A stretch of DNA of 63,564 nt, the filler included, from Octopus bimaculoides (Eukaryota): the NCBI RefSeq assembly GCF_001194135.2. It is 5 parts of 4 records of this genome, joined end to end, with 100 filler letters (N's around TTAATTAATTAA, not from the genome) between each part and the next. Parts side by side here need not be neighbours in the genome. Positions count along the whole stretch, not along the records: positions 38,512 to 58,241 come from NC_069008.1; positions 58,342 to 60,412 come from NC_068997.1; positions 60,513 to 63,564 come from NC_068995.1; 2 more parts are not named here. One strand, 5' to 3'. The notes below the pieces were generated by a model. It saw nothing but the letters and a program-made list of their open reading frames with translations, had not been told where the DNA came from and ran no database searches. Both the position numbers and the translations under genes were made by a program. Each line of letters opens with the position of its first letter. The first letter of the stretch is position 1. Positions 50,534 to 63,564 of the stretch are shown here, piece after piece.

Positions 50534-50633
50534 CTTCATATACGAGGCTCCGATGAAGCTATAGGTTGTTATTCAGGCACTCAAAAATGAGTCCACTGCA
50601 TCCTATAGCAGAAACAACTGTAAGATAATGAAG
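50534..50633 (+). ncRNA. Type I hammerhead-ribozyme-like fold with extended stem II
   Basis: CTTCAT-atacgagg-CT-CCGATGA-A-GCTATAGG-[36 nt]-CCTATAGC-A-GAAAC-AACT-GTA-AG-ata-ATGAAG. The core has U4>C. Confidence 0.6.
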
Positions 50634-50644
50634 TTCATAAAACA

Positions 50645-50685
<41 letters not shown>

Positions 50686-50856
50686 GTTTGTCCCGAGCGT
50701 CAAACTAATACACCAAGCTTGTTGTTCCTCACATGTCTTCATCTTTTGATTTCTGTAAATTTGAACTAGAAAGATAGATAGAAAGATAGATAGATAGATA
50801 GATAAATAGACAGACAAACAGACAGACAGACAAACAAACAGACAGATAGAAAGATC

Positions 50857-50911
<55 letters not shown>

Positions 50912-51399
50912 TTTAGCTGGTAGGCCGACACCCGAGGCAGAGGCAGGATGCTCATGCAGGAGTCACAGCTTGTCCGCTGAACGGCCACTGTAACACGGAG
51001 ACAGTCGTATACAAAGCAGAAGCAACAGCTATAGGATCCAGTGGGCAACCGAGCGTGTGGAAGTATGTGGGTGCAAGGGAAGGCCCCTTCAGAACCCGCT
51101 TTAACAGCCACAAGGCCTCCTTCAACATCCCGGAGAAACGTAACGCCATAACCTTAGTCAAGCACGTTTGGTCTTTGAAAGAATGCGCCACAGAGTACAG
51201 TATAAAGTGGAGGATCCTGGAGAAATGCAAACCGTACTTCAATAGCAGCAAGAAGTGCAAGTTGGGCCTGGCTGAGAAGAGAGAAAATTTAAAGGGTACC
51301 CAACGCCCAGATATTTACCTAAATAGCAGGAATGAGGTGTTTAATCATTGCCCACCTGAAAGGAAGTACATCCTCTCGTACCTGCGCGCCCCATCATGA
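50912..51399 (+). pseudogene. Penelope-like element GIY-YIG endonuclease fragment
   Basis: CSCR (frameshift) [79 protein letters not shown] matches the PLE endonuclease pattern. Confidence 0.85.
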
Positions 51400-51548
51400 C
51401 TGCAACCACAGGTACCCGGCCTTGATTTTCCACTAATACCCTCGGGCCCGGCAAAGAGTTTGACCAGAGTACACACCATTTCACCCATGTACACACATTA
51501 TACCCCCACACATATATAGACCACACATACTTTTCAGCACACCCCCTG

Positions 51549-51609
<61 letters not shown>

Positions 51610-51644
51610 NNNNNNNNNNATTTATCTATTTATCTATCTACTTG

Positions 51645-51680
<36 letters not shown>

Positions 51681-52162
51681 TGTATATGTATATATTGTTT
51701 CGAATTTGTGTGAATATGTATAGAATAATATATCAGTAGTATAAAGTTAAAACATGGTCTGGTTTTCACTTTTTTTATTATGGTATTTTAGCATTAAAAA
51801 ATATTATGTAATGCTCATAAATTTAAATTAGTGCTTTCATACATAGAGTAAGTATCAGATTTCCGAATGTGTTTAACTGACAGCTGAGTTCTTGACAACT
51901 GTAGTACCTCTTAGAACGCTCCAACAAACTGAATTTTTAGAATACGGTTTTGACCAATCCGCAACTTAAACATCACGGTGGGCCAGGCGTACCGATATTC
52001 TGTAATTTGTTCATATTCATTTGTTAGAGATATTTTTTACTCCACATCATTAACTCGTTGTTATATTATTGTTGTTATTTCCGTTCAGAACAGGTTTGAA
52101 CATTTTAATAAACCGTTTTTCTTTTATCATTCTTCCAACCACTCATTCACACATGCACACAC

Positions 52163-52484
52163 AACGGTGTGTGAAAAGTTCCTGGCTTTAAGGATGTCGC
52201 GAAAGGCTTGGCTGGAGGTCCAACCTTCTGAGTTATTTTACAGTGCTTAGAAAAACTGAAGGACCGCTGAAATAAGTGAGTGAATCTGAGAGGGGAATAT
52301 GTTGTCTCTAGAGTACTCAGCTACTTGCACGTTAACATTACGAGCAGGCTATTCCGCCAATCGGATCAGTTGAAACCCTCGGAATCGCCACCGACGGAAT
52401 GCTACTTATGGATAAAATCATAATTAACTGATCCTCCCGCATCCTATTTTACCCAAAGCGAGAAACTTTTCTGCAGCCCTTGTA
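52163..52484. mobile_element. mariner-derived MITE with nested SINE C fragment (52308-52405)
   Basis: Ends TGAAAAGTTCCTGGCTTT / AAAGCGAGAAACTTTTCTGCA; the interior matches the 3' end of the mariner at 43320-43470. Confidence 0.78.
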
Positions 52485-53949
52485 TATCCCCAAATCGATT
52501 CAATATTAATAACTTAAACTGATTCAAAATCACTGCTGGGTTATATAACACGAACGACTAGTACAGAGAAACAGCATTTGTCGCTCTCTGGCTGAGTTCA
52601 CTTTGCTCACCTGTGCTTGTAATTAGCACCAAAATTTACTGGTGTACGGAAACAGACAGAACAGTGGAGAGAGTGCAACATTTTCTAGGATAAAGGATCG
52701 TGCCTTAGTGTTTTCGGGACGCCCTGTGTATCAAATGACTACTTAATTACGGCGTACTTGCTAGCAAACGACAGTGTCACCGATGGCAACATCCTCCTCC
52801 TCATTCTCTTCGTCTTCCTCCTCTCCCCCAACTTTCCCTTCTTCTCTTCCTCCACCTCCTTGTCATCATCATCATCAACAACTACTACTGTAGTAGCAAG
52901 AAATCCGTTATTTGGACACTCGATTTGCCGGAAATAGCAGCTAAATCTTCCTCTAGTTACAATTTTCATATTTTCAAATAAGGAAGCAAAGTTTAAATAA
53001 TGTAGTCCTACAATCTCTTAAAACAACGGGATGGTCGCGGATAGGATGCCTCTGAGCTAAGCTCGGGGTTGACCTTGGGTTAACAACAACATTAACAAGA
53101 ACAAGAATAACAAGAAGTGGCGTCAATATGACAAAACTGACAGCATTGTTAAATGGAAGAGCAATGGTGAGAGAGGGGGAGGGGAGAGAGAGGAGAGGGG
53201 AGAGAAGAGGGAAGATAGAGTGTGGGGAGAAAGATGTAGCTAAAAGAGACATCGTATAAACTGAAGAAGAGAGCAGCCGACATGAGCCTGTTGTCTGCTC
53301 GTGAATGGCGGCACTGACACCTCTAAATGTCTGCTGACGAATGCACTGGTTAATTAAGTTGGCTTTTAGTGTAACAAGGAAATCGATAGAGAAGTTAGTG
53401 CTGCTGATAGTGGTAGTGGTGTTATTGGTGATGATAGTTAGTTGTGGGGGTGGACAGGGTAGCTTCTTGATATGAAAGATGTACGGATAACAGCGGTGTT
53501 GGAAATAGTGGTATTGGTGGTTGGTCTTTGGTTGTGATCTGTAGGAAATGATGGGTGCAGATATTAAGAATGGATAGATGGATGGTGTGAGTGGAAGACA
53601 AAGGAAAAGAGGACGGAGAAGGTATAGACGACGAGAAGGGAGAACAAAATAATGGGAAAGAAAGTTGCTGGTAGTATGGGAGCCTGAAGAAGATGGAGCT
53701 GGATGTATGAGAGAAGAAGTTGGTTGCGTGAGTGATTGATGAGGGAAAGAAATAGAAGAAGAAATGAGAGAAAAGAGAGGAAGACAGGGGAGGAAGGCAA
53801 AGCGGAGAGAAGAGATGGCGGCAGATAGATAAAGTATGACTTGGTGGGGGGATAAATGGTAGCAACAAACAATATTCATATGCATATATTCATACAAAAA
53901 TGTACATACATATATATACACACACATACACACACATACATACATACAC

Positions 53950-54497
<548 letters not shown>

Positions 54498-54866
54498 TAT
54501 ATATACATGCGTGCATGCTTATGTATGTGTGTGTTGATGTGTTTGCGCCTGAGTGTGTATATACATACACACATTGCTATACACGTGTATTAGATAGATT
54601 TTATAGATATAGAATATGTTTATGTGTATGCATGTATGTTTATATATATACACATTTGAGAGAGTCATTACGCCAATAATACAACAAATCCAATATATGT
54701 ACACACGCACACACACACTTTGTTGTAAGAAAATGCTATATATATATGCGTGTGTATATATGTATGTATATATATATATATATAGACATATATATATATG
54801 TGTGTGTGTGTGTGTGTTTGTGTGTGTTATATACATGTGTGTGTATATGTGTATATATACACACAT

Positions 54867-54936
<70 letters not shown>

Positions 54937-54940
54937 GTAA

Positions 54941-55455
54941 ACACAAGAGAAATTCCCTATAACAGGCAATTTCTACACTCTAGGAGACAGTCAAAANNNN
55001 NNNNNNNNNNNNNNNNNNNNNNNNNNNNNNNNNNNNNNNNNNNNNNNNNNNNNNNNNNNNNNNNNNNNNNNNNNNNNNNNNNNNNNNNNNNNNNNNNNNN
55101 NNNNNNNNNNNNNNNNNNNNNNNNNNNNNNNNNNNNNNNNNNNNNNNNNNNNNNNNNNNNNNNNNNNNNNNNNNNNNNNNNNNNNNNNNNNNNNNNNNNN
55201 NNNNNNNNNNNNNNNNNNNNNNNNNNNNNNNNNNNNNNNNNNNNNNNNNNNNNNNNNNNNNNNNNNNNNNNNNNNNNNNNNNNNNNNNNNNNNNNNNNNN
55301 NNNNNNNNNNNNNNNNNNNNNNNNNNNNNNNNNNNNNNNNNNNNNNNNNAAAAACAAAGTAAAAGTTTTCATTTTTTCATTCCCTTTGAAATTACTTAAA
55401 TTTTGTGGTTTTCGGTCGTTTTGACTGTCTCCTAGCGTGGTAATTACTCTTGTGT
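54941..55455. mobile_element. TIR element spanning a gap, right end followed by TTAA
   Basis: ACACAAGAG..CTAGGAGACAGTCAAAA (54941-54996) vs TTTTGACTGTCTCCTAG..CTCTTGTGT|TTAA (55419-55459). Confidence 0.6.
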
Positions 55456-55600
55456 TTAAATGTACACTATTATATATTGAATAATATGTCGTCTATTGAC
55501 TTTTTATACATGCTAGGTAGTGAATTTTGTAAAACTTTGCTATCCTATGTATATATTATTTATATTACTATTTAATTGAACGCCACGCTTCCATTTCCAA

Positions 55601-55641
<41 letters not shown>

Positions 55642-55719
55642 TGCGCGCGCGCGCGCGTGTGTGTATGTATGTATGCATGTATGCATGTATGTACGTATGT
55701 ATAATCAATTCAAATAAAT

Positions 55720-56305
55720 AAATAATAAAATAGAATGAAAATAACACTGACATCTCATTTTAACAGATATATTTACCAAAATTACTTTAAAATATCTTGA
55801 AATACTAAAATCGCCATTGGCTTCAAACAAGGCCTTCAGACGACTTCGGAATCTCCTGCAATTCTTCTGGACAGTCCTCCTTGTTTAAGTTGGTGAATGC
55901 TGCCATAATCCTTGCCTTCAGTTCATCTTTGGTGTTAAAAGGTGTTTTGTTGGTCTCTCGCTCAACTACGCCCCACACAAAATAATCAAGGGCGTTGCAG
56001 TCTGGGGAGTTAGGTGGCCAAATGTTTGGGGCGATGTAGTCACAGAAATTGTTTGGCAACACTGACTGTGTTTTCCTACTAGGGTGGTATGGTGCAGAAT
56101 TCTGCTTGCCAAACTGTCTTCCAGCGGCCACCCTATTGACCCAGGGCAGCACTACCTTCTCCAGGCATTTGATGTAGGCCTCTGTGTTGAGTCTGTGGCC
56201 GTGTGGGATGATGAATGGAGGCATAACGTCACCATCACTAGTGATCAATCCAAAAACCACGATGTTGACTGGATGTTTGATTTTTATCACTCTCTGTATA
56301 TGTCC
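55720..56305 (-). pseudogene. maT/DD37D-like Tc1/mariner transposase C-terminal half
   Basis: KHPVNIVVFGLITSDGDVMPPF..LNTEAYIKCLEKVVLPW..QNSAPYH..WPPNSPDCNALDYFVWGVVERETN. Confidence 0.9.
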
Positions 56306-56315
56306 NNNNNNNNNN

Positions 56316-56354
<39 letters not shown>

Positions 56355-56811
56355 ATTTAGTATCCATAGCTACATTCACATCAGAGATGGAAATAACAGT
56401 CTCTTAAGAGAGTATTATTTCCATATTTCTGGATGCTTCTAAATTACGATGTAAATATGTGCAAGTCTCGTCTACTATGGCCCCGGGCCGACCAAAGCCT
56501 CATTAGAGAAACTGAAAGAAGCCCGTCTATGTGTATTGTCTGCACTCTATCAATTTGCAGACAATACACCAGACCATCCAAGAATTAATAAAGAAAGTTT
56601 GTTTCTTAAAAACATTCAAAAACTACTAAACAAACTGCAAAAACGCATCCCTAATACACAATTCTCCTTTTCTCATAAATTAATTATTGTAGAATGTCTA
56701 CTTGTGCTTGTTCTTATGAAAACCCAAATTCATGTAGCTGGTTTCATCTATTCTATTTACTCCATATTTCGCTATCTTACCTACCCCACATCTTGTTAAC
56801 ATAGAATGGAT

Positions 56812-56980
56812 AGGAGTGGCTGTGCGGTAAGTAGCTTGCTTACCAGCCACATGGTTCTGGGTTCAGTCCCACTGCGTGGCACCTTGAGCAAGTGTCTTCT
56901 ACTATAGCCTCGGGCCGACCAAAGCCTTGTGAGTGGATCTGATAGACGGAAACTGAAAGACACCCGTCGTGTATATGTAT
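56812..56980 (+). mobile_element. SINE family A 5' half (small extra fragment at 56458-56530)
   Basis: GGAGTGGCTGTGCGGTAAGTAGCTTGCTTACCAGCCACATGGTTCTGGGTTCAGTCCCACTGCGTGGCACC. Confidence 0.9.
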
Positions 56981-58176
56981 ATATANNNNNNNNNNNNNNN
57001 NNNNNNNNNNNNNNNNNNNNNNNNNNNNNNNNNNNNNNNNNNNNNNNNNNNNNNNNNNNNNNNNNNNNNNNNNNNNNNNNNNNNNNNNNNNNNNNNNNNN
57101 NNNNNNNNNNNNNNNNNNNNNNNNNNNNNNNNNNNNNNNNNNNNNNNNNNNNNNNNNNNNNNNNNNNNNNNNNNNNNNNNNNNNNNNNNNNNNNNNNNNN
57201 NNNNNNNNNNNNNNNNNNNNNNNNNNNNNNNNNNNNNNNNNNNNNNNNNNNNNNNNNNNNNNNNNNNNNNNNNNNNNNNNNNNNNNNNNNNNNNNNNNNN
57301 NNNNNNNNNNNNNNNNNNNNNNNNNNNNNNNNNNNNNNNNNNNNNNNNNNNNNNNNNNNNNNNNNNNNNNNNNNNNNNNNNNNNNNNNNNNNNNNNNNNN
57401 NNNNNNNNNNNNNNNNNNNNNNNNNNNNNNNNNNNNNNNNNNNNNNNNNNNNNNNNNNNNNNNNNNNNNNNNNNNNNNNNNNNNNNNNNNNNNNNNNNNN
57501 NNNNNNNNNNNNNNNNNNNNNNNNNNNNNNNNNNNNNNNNNNNNNNNNNNNNNNNNNNNNNNNNNNNNNNNNNNNNNNNNNNNNNNNNNNNNNNNNNNNN
57601 NNNNNNNNNNNNNNNNNNNNNNNNNNNNNNNNNNNNNTATATATATATATATATATATGGTGGTTGTCTACTCTTTACACAGAGTTTGACCACCTCCTGT
57701 ACCTACACCTTAGCCCTTTCATGGCGTCTGATGTGGCTTTTTAACCCAGACAAGATTGCACCTCTGATTTGAACTACCAATACCTGCAGGTAAGTTCTGC
57801 TCATTGTGTATCCTAACATGTCTTTTAAGACCCCCATTGGATTTGCAAGCCCTCTGGTACACACCATATATATATAAACGTGTGTCTAGAGGGATATATC
57901 ATCCAGGAAGATACCGTGGTGGCTCTAAGTTCTATTCCAGGCTACGGCTAATCGCATCGATAATTATTTAACGTCTATGGCTACTATTAGTTGTCAGTCA
58001 GTACAAGAATTTCGATAGAGTTTCGACAAATTCAAAGCTTTGTTATATACGGTGTCCCGCTGATTCCGTTAGAGAATTTCGTGGACAATAGGCTCGTCAG
58101 TGGAATACACAGTGACATACTTCTTAATTGAATAGTGACCATCGAAGTGTATATATGTATGTATACACGCACACGC

Positions 58177-58241
<65 letters not shown>

Positions 58242-58426
58242 NNNNNNNNNNNNNNNNNNNNNNNNNNNNNNNNNNNNNNNNNNNNTTAATTAATTAANNN
58301 NNNNNNNNNNNNNNNNNNNNNNNNNNNNNNNNNNNNNNNNNCCTTCCTTCCCCCTCCCAAAAAGAAAAGCTCTACATTGTATTTGTCCCATCTTCGTTGA
58401 GCCCTGTGTGGCTAATAAAAGAAATG

Positions 58427-58481
<55 letters not shown>

Positions 58482-58745
58482 AATATGCATACATGCATAC
58501 ATGAGAATGTATGTAAACTCTTCTAGTTAATATCTACAAGCATGCATATATATGTTCTTATATTTACAAATATATGTTTATATATATATGTGTGTTCTTG
58601 TGTGTGCGTGCGTGTGCGTGTCTGGATGTGTACTCCTTCATTCCTTTACTGAATTCCATCTTTGGACTGTGACATGGCTGAGTTCAACTTCGAATTAAAA
58701 GATGGCGATGTAACAAGAACTAGATCACGGATTAAAAGCCACAAC

Positions 58746-59446
58746 AGAGATATTGTTCAAAACGGGGGCACCAGTTTTCATTTATGTTTTATGTAGTGTT
58801 TTTGGTACCGAAAGACTTTCAAACTTCGTATACTTATCTATTTTGTGTTATAGAACAGAAAAAAAATTTTGTATTCGAATTTATTTCATGTAAAAAATTG
58901 TCTTATTTCGATAATTTCTACTAATCACTGACGTCTATTCAGTTGAAAACAGTTAGCGCTGTAACGGTGTATATCGTATTAATCCCCTAACCCTAACCCT
59001 AACCCTAACTAGACTGTTAACCCTANNNNNNNNNNNNNNNNNNNNNNNNNNNNNNNNNNNNNNNNNNNNNNNNNNNNNNNNNNNNNNNNNNNNNNNNNNN
59101 NNNNNNNNNNNNNNNNNNNNNNNNNNNGCACAGCGTAATTTATTATATAAACAATATATGCGTATAAATTATGATTAAACCGGATGAAATATGTCACAGG
59201 GAATAACATTTTTATGACCGGCCAGCAGTAACTCTATTCAGCTGAATAGACGTCAGTGATTGGTTGAAATTACAGAAATACGACAACTTTAACATGGAAT
59301 AACTTGCGATGTACGTTTTTTTGTTAAGAAGACTAAGAGTAAAAGATGTTTTATATGACACATTCTACCAGTGTCCCAAGTTTCAAAGTGTTTCGTTTGT
59401 GTTTCGTTAAGAAAATACTGGTGCCCCTGTTTTGAACTAGATCCCG
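58746..59446. mobile_element. Non-autonomous TIR element with internal inverted repeats and (CCCTAA)4
   Basis: TIR core 58755-58775 vs 59417-59437 (20/21); inner IR 58923-58942 vs 59242-59261 (20/20); CCCTAA x4 at 58985-59008; possible CAAC TSD. Confidence 0.8.
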
Positions 59447-59723
59447 CAACAGTTCAACAGACCGATAACCCGATCCGGCGAACGAATATGTTCTAGTACA
59501 CACACACACACACGTACATATATACACCCTCAACATATACATGAACGCATATTTTTGTTTTTGTGCAACATGTATATACATATATATATATATGTAAATA
59601 CAAACACATAGAAACACACACACACGCACACATATATATATATATAAATAGATAATACATACACATATACATATGCATACACAAAATCTACGGTAATTGC
59701 CAGATATTTGTACATATGTGTGT

Positions 59724-59819
<96 letters not shown>

Positions 59820-59956
59820 TTATTTATATATATATATGGATATATAGATATATGTGTGTGTGTGTATGTACGTAGAAGTTCCTGTTTGTGTATACATATA
59901 AATACATATATGCATACTTATATTATATATTCACATGCATATTTACATACATAGGC

Positions 59957-59989
<33 letters not shown>

Positions 59990-61299
59990 AACAAAACAAA
60001 TAATAATTGCAACATAAAAAAAGTCTCACTTGAGGGAAGATGACGCCCAAGATATTGAAATAAATGGTAAGGAGGGTGTCTTTAACCAACCAAAACGGTA
60101 AGATTGTGACAAGTATTCACCGAACGTGGGAGTAAAAGACATACACATAAATATTTTAAGCCTATCGACAATTGTTTGTGAGAAGCCAAAATATAGATGG
60201 AAGTGAGAAGATGGATAATAGTAGAAAGACATTTTTGAGAGGGCGGGGTATATCTAGAAAGTTTCACTGTCCATTTGCCTGTTTATTGTACTGTTAAGAT
60301 CTCTATGTTTTCGTTTATGTATGTATGTATGTATGTATGTATGTATGTATGTATGTTGGTAGGTAGGTAGGTTGGTAGGTAGGTATGCATACGTGTATAT
60401 ATATATATATATNNNNNNNNNNNNNNNNNNNNNNNNNNNNNNNNNNNNNNNNNNNNTTAATTAATTAANNNNNNNNNNNNNNNNNNNNNNNNNNNNNNNN
60501 NNNNNNNNNNNNTACAATTAGGGATAATTCCGAAAGGGAATGAAAAATAAAAACATTTACCATCTATTTCCTGAACTAAGGTTTCAAGCTATTTTCACCA
60601 AAATAAAATAATTTGCTAGGCCAGCTATCATCAGCAGGAAAGCCAAGATTAATACATAAATACAAGGTAATACATAGAAACATGCCTCGTGCTTATATGT
60701 TATAATTTTTCATATCTACCGCGCATGTGCGGTTTTTTTTCTTATTGGCAACAAATACAAAAAATGCCGATTTTTTTCCAGAAATTAGCCAAAAAAATCA
60801 TTATATCATTATTAATAAATGTCAGGGTAGCAAAAAAAATTAGAAATTCTGCTAAAACTCCTTCAAACGAGACCTTACTTCCTTAAAAAGAGAAGGACAA
60901 ATAGGACAATATAGTTTTAGATACATTAGACCTAAGTTGACCTGGGAGTACAAGGAGATAGAGTTATCCTGATGAGAACAATCTCGTTGCTGGTATTCAA
61001 GAACAGGGCTGATATGGGTAACAACAACAATAGCAACAACATCAATAACATATATGTGAATATTCATAAGATCGTGTATATATGTGTGAAGATAGAGGTA
61101 TTGTAAAAGTGTCATTTTTTTTTTTTTTCACTTTTTTTATCCTTTGCCCTTTTCTGCCTCTTAAAAAAGTTTGGTTCTTTTTTTACGCCCCCTCTATATA
61201 AATGGAAATGGTAAATTCAGTCACCTCTACCCACAACTCCCGATTATTTTGGCGTTTCCATATTTGTAATCCACCCAATCAACGCCCCGGTATCACCTC

Positions 61300-61343
<44 letters not shown>

Positions 61344-61510
61344 NNNNNNNNNNNNNNNNNNNNNNNNNNNNNNNNNNNNNNNNNNNNNNNNNNNNNNNNN
61401 NNNNNNNCATCATCACCGTTGCCTCCACAATACTCCCCTAATTAGCAGCCCTACATTTTCCACATGAAAATCATCACTACCATCGCCACCATCGTCACCA
61501 CATGTTGCTG

Positions 61511-61541
<31 letters not shown>

Positions 61542-62366
61542 CACTACTGCTGCTGCTGCTGTAATTCTACTGTTACTTTTAGTATCGCCCATCACCGCTG
61601 GCGTCGTTTTAAATAAGAAAAGAATGCTTTGAATAATATTGTCCCAGTGACTCTTAGAAAACGGAGTGGGCGTGTCTGTATCATGTCTAAACCACAACAG
61701 CAACAACAACATCAATATGAGTGAGGATTATAATTATGATCATTAAGGCGGCAATGTAACTGACTCATTCCCACACTCACAACTGCTGCCCTTGCCGCAA
61801 AATTTGAAGCCATTATCATGATGACTTATTACTATTAAGGTAGCGAGCTGGCAGAATCGTGATAGTGCACGAAGGATTGTAATATTGAATTATCATTTTC
61901 TGTTATTAATATAGTAAGGTTTGATTCCAAAGGAGATATGGTATCTATTTCTAGCAGGCCGAGTGTCTTCGTACAGATTCCCTTGTTGGCTGGTCACCAC
62001 ACTTTCTTTATCAGACATGGGTGTAAGCGGTGACAGCACTGTCAAGTTCAACTCCACTTTTATTTCGATATATTACCTTAAAGAAGGTTACCCTAAACTA
62101 ATTTGCCATTAAACATCAATATAAGGTTGAAGTATTATTCAGTGATGTCCCTCCTCTACCGCTACTACAATGGCCTCTGCTTCCTTGCATTTATTTTATT
62201 TCATGTTCTTTCCACTCAAACACTCCAGATTCGTTCGTCTCACATTCCTTCGTTACTTATATTGCGTCTATCACCACATCACAACCCTTTAAGGTGGTGC
62301 TCCAGCATGGTCACAGAACCATGTAGCTGGGAAGCAAACTTCGTACCAGACAGCCACGCCTGCGCC

Positions 62367-62407
<41 letters not shown>

Positions 62408-62519
62408 GGATGGATGGATGGATGGATGGATGAATGGATGAGAACCGGTTTGATGTTGTTGGTCAAAGAAATCAAGTCATTTGTGAAGAGTTACAAAATC
62501 GAAAAGTTTCCCAGGTATC

Positions 62520-63050
62520 ATATACTAAACATTTTTTCCAAAATCAATTGAAAAACAGGACACTCAGGATTCCCAGGTTGCACTTAGCGTCCTTAGAATT
62601 TACGAAACTCTATTGCTGATACCAAAAATGGATTTTTAAAAAATCAGTTTGTTTGGCTTCACCTGGAAAACTTGCACATAGCTTTTCTCTGTGGTGATAC
62701 AAGAAGCGTTAAACTATTTTGCATTTCTTAACATCTAAGGTAGTTCTGATGGATCAGTAAGTTATGTTATTTATAACTGCAGGACCAATTGGCAGGCACT
62801 GGGATTAAGCACTGGGTTTGGCTGAGTTATTTCTTCAATCTTGCTTATAATATCTATGGCAGTGGTATTGAAAGATGTAAGAAGCTACTTAGAAGGATTA
62901 AAAATTAAAAGAACTCAGCTGCATGCTTTTATGGATGACATCATCATAGTAGGGGAATAAATACTCTCCTAGCGTGGTTGTTGGAGCTCTTCCGATCATG
63001 GCGACTACCCACCAAATCCAGAAAGCCGCAGTCTGTCCATAATGTCAGAT
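62520..63050 (+). pseudogene. Very degenerate HERO-like RT fragment
   Basis: SGFPGC..FVWLHLEN..WQALGL..ISSILL..LHAFMDDIII..ESRSLSI in RT order. Confidence 0.6.
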
Positions 63051-63300
63051 TGGTCATTTCCATAAACGGTTTACACCTCAAGTTATTGTGGAGGTATAAG
63101 GGGGACGAAGACGAGGGTTAAATACTAATATGGTTAAGGAGAAGCTTTTGTAAGGATACTCCGGGTTATGCCGGAAAAATCCTTATCTCTTGTCCAAAAA
63201 CCTCCTAATAAAATGGAATAGTGGGTGTCTCCACACGTGAAGGGGTGTATCTGGCCCATACCATGTGATCTGAACTGGTTACTGAGAACAAACTTCACAT

Positions 63301-63473
63301 AGGCGCACGAGTGGCTGTGTGGTAAGTAGCTTGCTTACCAAACCACATGGTTCCGGGTTCAGTCCCACTGCGTGACACCTTGGGTAAGTGACTTCTACTA
63401 TAGCCTCGGGCCGACCAAAGCCTTGTGAGTGGATTTGGTAGACGGAAACTGAAAGAAGCCCGTCTTATATATG

Positions 63474-63506
<33 letters not shown>

Positions 63507-63564
63507 CCACCATCGCTTGACAACCGATGCTGGTGTGTTTACGTCCTCGTAACTTAGCGGTTCG
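63301..63564 (+). mobile_element. SINE family A copy running off the window end
   Basis: GAGTGGCTGTGTGGTAAGTAGCTTGC..GGTTCAGTCCC..GAAAGAAGCCCGTC..CGTAACTTAGCGGTTCG. Confidence 0.92.

Noticed and set aside
53272-53301. 12-bp GC-containing hairpin in unique sequence
   Set aside because: Short and mismatched; expected by chance.
60970-60990. CTGATGA core (also near 33810, 39505, 57729)
   Set aside because: No stem II closing onto a GAAA, so not a hammerhead.

Overview
AT-rich eukaryotic (metazoan) genomic DNA from a short-read draft assembly, with about 27 N-gaps totalling roughly 8.6 kb by hand count and four artificial 44N-TTAATTAATTAA-44N spacers. Extreme microsatellite density and three tRNA-derived SINE families suggest an octopus/coleoid cephalopod (inference, not verified). 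No intact host gene, rRNA, true tRNA or CRISPR array can be supported, and nearly all long ORFs in the track are gap or microsatellite artefacts. The recognisable coding sequence is transposon debris: Tc1/mariner of several subfamilies (DD34E Tc1, DD34D mariner, DD37D maT-like, rosa/DD41D-like), R2-superfamily non-LTR elements (R4/Dong-like, HERO-like, another RLE family), Penelope-like GIY-YIG fragments, a Helitron Rep relic and several MITEs. The most notable signals are type I hammerhead-ribozyme folds with unusually long stem II (16446-16554 minus, inside a 220-bp fold-back; 50534-50633 plus, next to a Penelope endonuclease fragment), a TIR element carrying telomeric repeats, a 55-bp inverted templated copy inside a LINE, an identical inverted SINE pair, and a few low-confidence exon/promoter candidates.
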